Source: a virus
IMG/VR virus record: IMGVR_UViG_3300044710_000080
Coordinates: 1-64,000 of that record
Reading direction: 5' to 3' (one strand)
DNA: 64,000 nucleotides
Numbering within the stretch: the stretch's first letter is position 1; each line of letters begins with the position of its first letter. Below are positions 57,575 to 64,000 of this stretch, piece after piece. Below the pieces are notes generated by a model that was given only the letters and a program-made list of their open reading frames with translations, was not told where the DNA came from and did not search any database. Position numbers and translations under genes: made by a program.

Positions 57575-59057
57575 TTGCTTTCTTGCTCTTGTGCCATGCG
57601 ATGTTGCGGGAGCGTATCCACGAGATTGTAGGCGCCGACATCATCTCAGCTGGCGCGACGTGCTCAAAATCGCGTGGTGGCCAATTGCCGAACTTTTCTT
57701 TGAACTTAAAGGCCGCCCATCCCGGCTTGTATCCGTGCTCCGCAGAATATGCTTTCAGTTCAGCAAAGAACTGCAAGCGCTGCATGGGCGACCAATCTTC
57801 GGGACGGCGCCGCTTGCCGTTCAGCTTGTGGCCGCCAGTCACCTCGACGAGCTCGCCATCCTGCTCATAAACGTTGCTCACCGGCTCTGGCTTGAACCCG
57901 CAATTTGGGCAGATGCGAACGCCAGCCGGTTTCAGAAAAGCGCATTTTTTGCATTCTTTCGGCAACCGAACGCGCGGCTTTGCCTTGCGCTGCGGCTTGC
58001 CGTCATCGAGGTGTTCATGGTGAACATCGGTCACGAACCCGATCCGTTGCGTCGTATCGGAATGGTCGAGGATCAGCGCGGCATCCTTGCCGACCGCTGT
58101 TCGCAGAGCGCGCCCGACAATCTGCACGTAAAGCATTTCTGATTTCGTCGGCCGTGCCATGATGAGGCATCGGACATCCCAATCGATCCCCGTCGTTAAG
58201 GTCTGAATGTTTGAAACGATCTGATAGTCCCCGTTGTGGAATTTTCGTTTGATGTCGCGGCGCTCGTCGGCTGGCGTCTCCGCATCCTGATAGCCGCAGG
58301 TAATTCCGGCTTGCTGGAATCTTTCCTGAATTGACTTCGCATGCGCCTTGTCCACTCCGAAGCAAAGCGTTTTGTCCTTGCCCCACTTCTCCTGCCAGGT
58401 CCGCACGATGTCGGCCGTAAGCGTTCCGCCTTGCATGGCCTCGCTCAACTCGCCTTCGTGATAATCGCCAGCAACCGTACGAACCGCCGATAGGTCGGGA
58501 TGCCCCGTCGCAAAGACTCGGAATGGCGACAAGTATCCGCGCTTAATCAGGTCGTCAGTCGTCGCCGCAACCAACAAGCTCTCGAAATACTTGCCGAGCC
58601 CGCGCGTCCAGGGAGTAGCCGATAGCCCAATGAACGGGATTGCTTTCCACGCCTCATCAGCCAGCCATCGCTTGTGTGTTTCGTGTAGTCGGTGGCATTC
58701 GTCGAAGATTACCGTCTTCGCTTCCGGCCATGCGCCGCGGGATTGGATAGTCTGGATGCTGCAGACCTGAACCGGGCGCGACCAGTCAGTTCGTTCGTGA
58801 TTCGCCTGGATCACCCCTACGTCCCGGATTTCCTCATCCCAGAAGCTTTCGAGCGTCTGGTCGATCAGGCTGATTGCCGGAACCACGAACGCCGTTCGGT
58901 TCCCCTTCCGCATCGCGCCATCCACAATCGCAGCGGCGATCTTCGTCTTTCCAGATCCGGTCGCCGCTTGCACCACCATCCGTTTCACCCCGGCTTTAAC
59001 CGTCGCCCGGATGTTGTCCATCGCCTCGACTTGGTACGGACGCAACTCGCTCAGCAT
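57558..59057 (-). CDS. SF2 helicase (RadD/YejH-like) with Zn finger
   Basis: ATGSGKT, DECH, SATP, QIVGRALR, CxxC-CxxC. Confidence 0.9.
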   Translation of the reverse strand: MLSELRPYQVEAMDNIRATVKAGVKRMVVQAATGSGKTKIAAAIVDGAMRKGNRTAFVVPAISLIDQTLESFWDEEIRDVGVIQANHERTDWSRPVQVCSIQTIQSRGAWPEAKTVIFDECHRLHETHKRWLADEAWKAIPFIGLSATPWTRGLGKYFESLLVAATTDDLIKRGYLSPFRVFATGHPDLSAVRTVAGDYHEGELSEAMQGGTLTADIVRTWQEKWGKDKTLCFGVDKAHAKSIQERFQQAGITCGYQDAETPADERRDIKRKFHNGDYQIVSNIQTLTTGIDWDVRCLIMARPTKSEMLYVQIVGRALRTAVGKDAALILDHSDTTQRIGFVTDVHHEHLDDGKPQRKAKPRVRLPKECKKCAFLKPAGVRICPNCGFKPEPVSNVYEQDGELVEVTGGHKLNGKRRRPEDWSPMQRLQFFAELKAYSAEHGYKPGWAAFKFKEKFGNWPPRDFEHVAPAEMMSAPTISWIRSRNIAWHKSKKANETHA

Positions 59058-59076
59058 GACCGCCCTCCCGTCCTAG

Positions 59077-59536
59077 TCACAGTACTACCTCTCCTCTTTC
59101 CCTTGTTTCCTTCCTGGAAGCCCATCGGACTATCCTACCCTCTCCCCTAACAGACACAGTCACACGCGCGTGTGTGTGCTTTAGCTCAGCAATTGCTAAA
59201 CTAATGCTCAGCATTTGCATGTCCGTTGCTGCGCCTTTGCATGGCGTTTGCTCGGCGTTTGCTGGATATGTCGGCGGCTTTTGCAAGCTCAGCCTCAATT
59301 CTGGAATGCTTCCAGTCGGCATCAAAAAAGGCTGCCACTACGGCCCTATTCGATTTCCATTGAGGAGGTGTCATGCAGGCTATTCGGGCGAGCGGCTCGT
59401 CATCGAGCGGCAGGCCGCCCGTCGTCCAATAGTGCATGATTAGAAGAAGATATGCGCCGTGTTGAGCTGCGCTCAAATGGGCCGTGTCCGCCCTATAATC
59501 GGCGACGTATAACGGCATCCATGGGCGGGTCGACAT
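59077..59536 (-). CDS. DUF1376/YdaU-like replication protein; stop at 59201, possibly frameshifted
   Basis: WMPLYVADY.ADT.HLS..QHGAYLLL; +1 frame continues with linker-like AIAELKHTHARVTVSV. Confidence 0.7.
59161..59263. repeat. Palindromes and short direct repeats, possible replication origin
   Basis: CACACGCGCGTGTG, AGCAATTGCT, 2x GCTCAGCA, 2x TTTGCATG, 2x GGCGTTTGCT. Confidence 0.5.
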
Positions 59537-59542
59537 TGATCC

Positions 59543-59610
59543 CCTCGGTGCAGTCGAGGCCACCGACCAGGCGGACCGTCAGACTGCACCTGACGGCCCG
59601 CGCTGGCGGT
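59543..59610 (-). promoter_or_regulatory. Structured 5' leader: two hairpins with complementary 7-nt loops
   Basis: Loops at 59548-59554 and 59583-59589 are reverse complements; small stem contains the GAGG RBS. Confidence 0.65.
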
Positions 59611-59645
59611 AATGGCAGGGAGCTACCCCGCGCGGCAACGTAACT

Positions 59646-59674
59646 ATACTATCGGCGCGTTAGTTCCAATGCAA
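59646..59674 (-). promoter_or_regulatory. Sigma70-like promoter of replication operon
   Basis: TTGCAT-17-TAGTAT. Confidence 0.65.
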
Positions 59675-59738
59675 GCCTAAGCCGGATTCGGGGACGGGTT
59701 CCAGCCGCTACGGGTTGATTGCCGAGGAGGCGAAGGCG

Positions 59739-60446
59739 CTAGAGCTTGGGCGTCCAGCCGGGGCCGCCCGCCGCAACCCGCTCCCGTACCGCAGCATAGG
59801 CATCGTTGAATGAGCCTTCCGTGTCGGCGGTGGGGTCATAGGGCGCGCTGAACTTTCCGACTTGGTCGCCTCTGACCGTCCAGCCGGCGCGCTCGGCTCG
59901 ACCGAACAGCTCGAGGCGTGGTCCGGCGACCAGCCGCTCGATCCGGTCATGCACGCAGTCCGGCTTGCGGGAGTGCTCGCGTCGCGGCTCGATGACGCCC
60001 ATGCGGACGTCGCGGTGCAGCCGCTTCGGCTTGCCGCGCGTGGCGAGGAGGCACGGCTCCGTGTTCGCACGGGTCCAGTAACCCATGCCGCAGAGCGCAT
60101 CGGCATCGTCGCGGAACATGTCGATCTGGCTGGCATGCGCCTTCATCCAATCGAAGCCACAGGTCTTGTACTCAAAGCCCCATGCCTCGATCACGCGCAG
60201 CGCGTCGAGCAGCAGCGGCCATGAAATCCAAAGGAAGAGCGCGCAATCATCAGCCGCGACGGAAGCGACCGGAAGTGCGCAGATTTCCTCAATCGTCATC
60301 GTCTTGTAGTGCACGGCGGACGAGGTGCTTGTGCCAGACGAATTTCGTTTTTTGATGGCCGTCGCCTTGTTCCAGGTGCGGAAGCGCCACGGCGGATCTG
60401 CCAGAATGCAGGCGAAGTGCCGTGCCGGAAGGCTATCAAGCAGCAT
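59739..60446 (-). CDS. MT-A70 family adenine methyltransferase
   Basis: ILADPPW, LFLW, WGFEY, GMGYWTR.NTE, HSRKP, ELFGR. Confidence 0.9.
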   Translation of the reverse strand: MLLDSLPARHFACILADPPWRFRTWNKATAIKKRNSSGTSTSSAVHYKTMTIEEICALPVASVAADDCALFLWISWPLLLDALRVIEAWGFEYKTCGFDWMKAHASQIDMFRDDADALCGMGYWTRANTEPCLLATRGKPKRLHRDVRMGVIEPRREHSRKPDCVHDRIERLVAGPRLELFGRAERAGWTVRGDQVGKFSAPYDPTADTEGSFNDAYAAVRERVAAGGPGWTPKL

Positions 60447-61023
60447 CGAACGCCCCCACTGCCTTGACCTCGATCCGCATCATCGGCTCCTCGCCGTACC
60501 GCTTCTCGATTGTCGCCCGGACGACCTGAGAATCGTTGTGGAAAACTATCTCGGCCAGCCCATCCAACGCGGATTTTCCTAGGTTGTCGAGGTCGGGGCG
60601 CCCTGTCGGCCGCACCACGCCGGCGAGCGCCGCATCCCGCTTTTTCCCGCTCCAGGACGCCGGCACGCCCATCACGGCCACGATCGCGACCTCGAGCGGG
60701 CCGTCAAGCGGGGGCCGGGCTCCCATCGCCATCTTGCCGGCGATCGCCAGGGCGCGCTCGTATGCCCTGGTTTCCTGGGGGGTATAGACGGCGATGAACT
60801 GCTGCCCGCCGCGGCCGGTAGCGATCCTGGAGCGGGGACGGCCCTTTCCTCGAGGTTCCCCGGGCAGCACGACGACGATGGTTTGCCCGGAATCTCCCGT
60901 GCTCCGGGCCGGCACGTAAGGGCGACCGGGAGAGGGGGGTAAGTCCTTCCGGTCGCTGGAGACCACCTTGCCGCCCCGCTTAGCCTGGTGGGCGGCCAGA
61001 TCCGCCTCAGTCCAGCGCGTCAC
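60436..61023 (-). CDS. rusA: RusA Holliday junction resolvase
   Basis: P.GKGRPR, PDLDN..K...DGL....NDSQVV. Confidence 0.9.
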   Translation of the reverse strand: MTRWTEADLAAHQAKRGGKVVSSDRKDLPPSPGRPYVPARSTGDSGQTIVVVLPGEPRGKGRPRSRIATGRGGQQFIAVYTPQETRAYERALAIAGKMAMGARPPLDGPLEVAIVAVMGVPASWSGKKRDAALAGVVRPTGRPDLDNLGKSALDGLAEIVFHNDSQVVRATIEKRYGEEPMMRIEVKAVGAFDAA

Positions 61024-61425
61024 TCCGCGGCGACCGACGTCGGCTTCGGGAAGGCGGCCACAGTGCCCTTGGGGCGGTCACTGGCTTCGCCATCCTCGTC
61101 CTCGCCACCCTTCTCGCCCTCGAAATTCATGGGCTGTACGGCCTCCGCACGGCCCTGCAGGCCGGAAATGTCGAGGTAGTGGTCGAAGGTGTCGAGGTAA
61201 TGCCGCAGTTCCTCGGGTTCCATCCGGTCGAGCGCGACCATCTGCCGGAATACCTTCTTGTGCAGATGGTGCTTTTCGGCCGCAGTCTTGATCGCATCCG
61301 CCAGAGCGGACGTAATCTCCTTCGCGTCGGCCTTGGCCGTCCGCGCTTGTCCCATCAGGGACTTGAGTCTGTTTTGGGAAATCGAGAGAATCGTTTCGGC
61401 CGGTTTCGCCCTTCTTCTTCGCCAC
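61020..61425 (-). CDS. GapR-like DNA-binding protein, apparent frameshift near 61410
   Basis: GAGGAGG-GTG start is out of frame by one base with RLKSLM...KVFRQMVAL.RME...Y body. Confidence 0.5.
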
Positions 61426-61917
61426 GTTCGTCCTCCTCGGTTGCCTCAATGGAAATCGTGCGCCGCCTCATCGTCGACCCGGATCGCGTCGAGCATCGAC
61501 TTCACCAGAATGCCGGGCGGCGCGCCGGTCGCGCGCACCAGCTCGGCGAGCCACGCCCGCAGCGGCCCGTCGATCGGCACCGGCAGGTAGTCCTCGTCTT
61601 CGAAGTCGAGCGGGATGCCCATGGCGCGGGGGAGTAATAGATTCGCGGAATCTGCGGAAGCGGGTAGGATGGTTGTCCCCATCAGTTTACCCCTGGAACA
61701 TCTGCCGGTTCGACGATAAAGGCCGGCCCTTTCTGCGGGCATTCGATCCAGCCGCCGAAGAGGCCGTCCCCGTAGGACTTATCGACACTGCACCATCGCA
61801 ACTCGCCTTGGCGGTCGCGCCCCCAAGAAACCCGCTTGAGCGTAAATCCATCCCAGCAGGACGCGATGATCCAGCGCCCATCTTTCGGTGCCGTTTCCCA
61901 TGGCTCCCAGCGCATCG

Positions 61918-62187
61918 TCATTCCTGCGGGTTCCGCCCCATGAAGACCGGCCGCGTCGCCGGCCACCGAGCATCTTCCGGCCACTTAGCCCGGATTGAGG
62001 CAAGCATGGTTTCGAGCTTGTCGGCGCCGATCGACGGCCAGTCGTCCCGCTTCGGGCTTTTCAGGTCCCGGAAGAATGTCGCGTTGCCGTAAAATTCCTT
62101 GCTCGCCTGGGTCAGGCTCTTGCCGGTCGCGTGGCAGTAGGCCGCGACGATGGCGAGGAGGTTTTCGCGGATGATGCGAGCGCTCAT
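61918..62187 (-). CDS. Cro-like HTH regulator (putative)
   Basis: SLTQASKEFYGNATFFRDLK, WPEDARWP; near divergent promoters; operator-like site abuts ATG. Confidence 0.55.
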   Translation of the reverse strand: MSARIIRENLLAIVAAYCHATGKSLTQASKEFYGNATFFRDLKSPKRDDWPSIGADKLETMLASIRAKWPEDARWPATRPVFMGRNPQE

Positions 62188-62489
62188 AGAAAATCGTCCC
62201 GCAGTTCCATCATACCATCGGGCTTGATGACCGCGACGGCATTGTCCCATCTCGGCGCGGCTTCTGTCATGAACCGGGCATCCTTTTCGCGCAGGACATA
62301 GACATCCTCGCCCTGCTCGCGGGCCAAGCGCGCCAGTTCGGAAGCATCTGCGGTAAGGTCAAGATCGCCGAACCAGATTTTGCCCTTTGACCGGATGAGG
62401 ACATTGGCATTGAAAACGCAGATATGCCCCTTCGGGGCTGTCTTGGAACTCGAAATCATCCGACCGGGACTGGTAAAGTCAATTGGCAT
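62184..62489 (-). CDS. Hypothetical phage protein
   Basis: GGAGG RBS; FNAN, KIWFGDLDLT. Confidence 0.65.
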   Translation of the reverse strand: MPIDFTSPGRMISSSKTAPKGHICVFNANVLIRSKGKIWFGDLDLTADASELARLAREQGEDVYVLREKDARFMTEAAPRWDNAVAVIKPDGMMELRDDFL

Positions 62490-62580
62490 GACGCACCTCC
62501 GCTTGGGGATTTGTATCCCTCTCGGCCCTTCGCGTCTAGCCCTTGGGGTGGCCGTCAACAGAATAGCAGGCGGTGGGGCC

Positions 62581-62609
62581 TAGACAGCGGGACGATTTTC
62601 CCCTAGTCT
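62581..62609 (+). promoter_or_regulatory. Rightward promoter with operator in spacer
   Basis: TAGACA-17-TAGTCT; GGGACGATTTTCCC. Confidence 0.7.
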
Positions 62610-62706
62610 CGATCCTGCGTCGGAGCCGAACAGGGCCGCACGAATCCCTTCTGGCTCCTCCGCCGCGCCCGCCCTCCCGGCGAGCCCGAACCGAAAGGAG
62701 CCGAGA

Positions 62707-63192
62707 ATGCCCCTCCCCGAAGGATACCTGCCCCGCGAGGGCGACGTGCTGGTCCTGCACGGGACCGTGAAATTCGACTATGACCCCGGCGAAGAAAAGG
62801 TCTGGATCAGGCTGATGGATCATTGGGAGGACGACCGTATTCCGATCTCCTCCGTCGTTGGCGTTCACTGCCGAAAATGGGAGCAGGGCGAGCAGGTCCG
62901 GCATCGCAACGTCGAGCACTGCTTCGGCGAGATCGTCGCGACGTGCGACGACATGGTGTGGGTCAAGCTCGCCGCAGACTCCAAGCGCGGGAAGAAGTTC
63001 AGCGCCGGCCAGCTCGCGACCTTCCATTGCAACGAGCTAGAACCGGACGAGCAGGCCGAAATCCTCGCCGACGCGCGCCGCGAGAAGCGCGAGATGGAAC
63101 TGGGCGGACTGCTCGCCGAGCCGCCGACTCAGACCGAGTCGGTAGCCGAATTGCGCGAGGAAGCCGCACGGGCGATGGGAGACGACGAATGA
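62707..63192 (+). CDS. Hypothetical protein
   Basis: AAGGAG RBS; high GC3. Confidence 0.65.
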   Translation: MPLPEGYLPREGDVLVLHGTVKFDYDPGEEKVWIRLMDHWEDDRIPISSVVGVHCRKWEQGEQVRHRNVEHCFGEIVATCDDMVWVKLAADSKRGKKFSAGQLATFHCNELEPDEQAEILADARREKREMELGGLLAEPPTQTESVAELREEAARAMGDDE

Positions 63193-64000
63193 CCGACGCC
63201 CAGAACCCCCGCGCGGTCATCGGCGACAACGTCAGTCTGGACCACGGCGCCCAAGTCGCGGCCGCCCTCGCCCGCGACTACGCCGCCACCGCCCAGGCCG
63301 TCACCGCCGCACTCGACAAGGCCCGCGACCTCCCTACGAAAGTCGAATCCGAGGGGGACGCGCTGGCCGTCGGGGCGGTCATCAAGGAGCTGCGCGACCT
63401 CGACAAGCGGGTCGAAGGCCTGCGCATCTCGGAAAAGGCGCCCTACCTCGCCGCAGAGACGGCCGTGGATGGCTTTTTCTTCGGGTTGAGAGAGAAACTA
63501 GCCCGGCGGCAGAAAACCGCACGGCCGGGCGCCCTGGACGTTCTACAGGCCCGCGTGGACGCCTTCCTCGAGCGGCGGCGCGTCGAGGAAGAGGCCCGCC
63601 GGCGACGGGAAGCCGAGGAAGCCGCCAGAATCGCACGCGAGGCCCAGGAGAGGGCAGCGGCGGAGGCGCGGGCGGCAGAGGAGGCGGAGCGTGCCGCCGC
63701 CCGCGCCCGCAACCCGGAGCGGATCGAGGAGAAGAACGCGGCTGCGCAGGAGGCGAACCGGGCGGCCGACGCCGCCCAGGCCGAGGCGGCGCTCGCCACC
63801 GACCGCGCCCAGGAGGCCCACATTGCCACCTTGGCGAAGCCGGCCGATATGGTCCGGACCAGGGGCGACGGCGTGCTGCTGACCTCCGCGCGCGAGCCCT
63901 TCGCCGTCGTGGTCGACCGCGCCCTCCTCGACAAGGCGGCGCTCTGGCCCTTTTTTACGGACGCCGAAATCGAGAAGGCGCTCCGGGGTTGGGCGAAGTC
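63189..64000 (+). CDS. Coiled-coil phage protein, truncated by window end
   Basis: MTDAQNPRAVIGDN...; E/A/R-rich; open to end of window. Confidence 0.7.
   Translation, partial: MTDAQNPRAVIGDNVSLDHGAQVAAALARDYAATAQAVTAALDKARDLPTKVESEGDALAVGAVIKELRDLDKRVEGLRISEKAPYLAAETAVDGFFFGLREKLARRQKTARPGALDVLQARVDAFLERRRVEEEARRRREAEEAARIAREAQERAAAEARAAEEAERAAARARNPERIEEKNAAAQEANRAADAAQAEAALATDRAQEAHIATLAKPADMVRTRGDGVLLTSAREPFAVVVDRALLDKAALWPFFTDAEIEKALRGWAK

Noticed and set aside
1-64000. tRNA, rRNA, integrase/att site, IS elements
   Set aside because: None recognised by eye; lifestyle cannot be determined from this window

Overview
A 64 kb segment of a GC-rich tailed phage or prophage with a contractile tail (Bcep781-like morphogenesis gene order). 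The host is probably alphaproteobacterial (GapR-like, DUF3489-like and RlpA-like genes). Almost everything is on the minus strand. Right to left: regulatory/replication genes (Cro-like, RusA, MT-A70, DUF1376, SF2 helicase, ParB-MTase), TerS/TerL, portal, MuF, DUF2213 protease, cement, major capsid, head completion, sheath/tube/TMP, baseplate, fibres, lysis. No integrase, tRNA or CRISPR array was seen. Best candidate novel system: about 14 kb inserted among the head-completion genes (20.2-34.8 kb). It encodes four soluble glycosyltransferases plus a ColD-type 3-dehydratase, a ThDP E1-alpha/beta pair, an SDR, a cupin and a B12 radical SAM enzyme, which together suggest a branched-chain 3,6-dideoxy sugar pathway. 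Separately, the same ~65-aa Thr/Ser/Gly-rich domain occurs in four unrelated virion proteins (5 copies). I infer a virion glycosylation system with a portable acceptor domain; this is a hypothesis. Also seen directly in the sequence: a 14-bp motif (GGGACGATTTTCCC) in the spacer of six sigma70-like promoters, two probable ATT-initiated virion genes, a kissing-loop leader over the replication gene RBS, a 31-aa tail shared by two unrelated DNA methyltransferases, an FtsZ-tail-like peptide, and a small-gene array with repeated stop/start junctions. All family calls come from motif recognition by eye; no database search was run.
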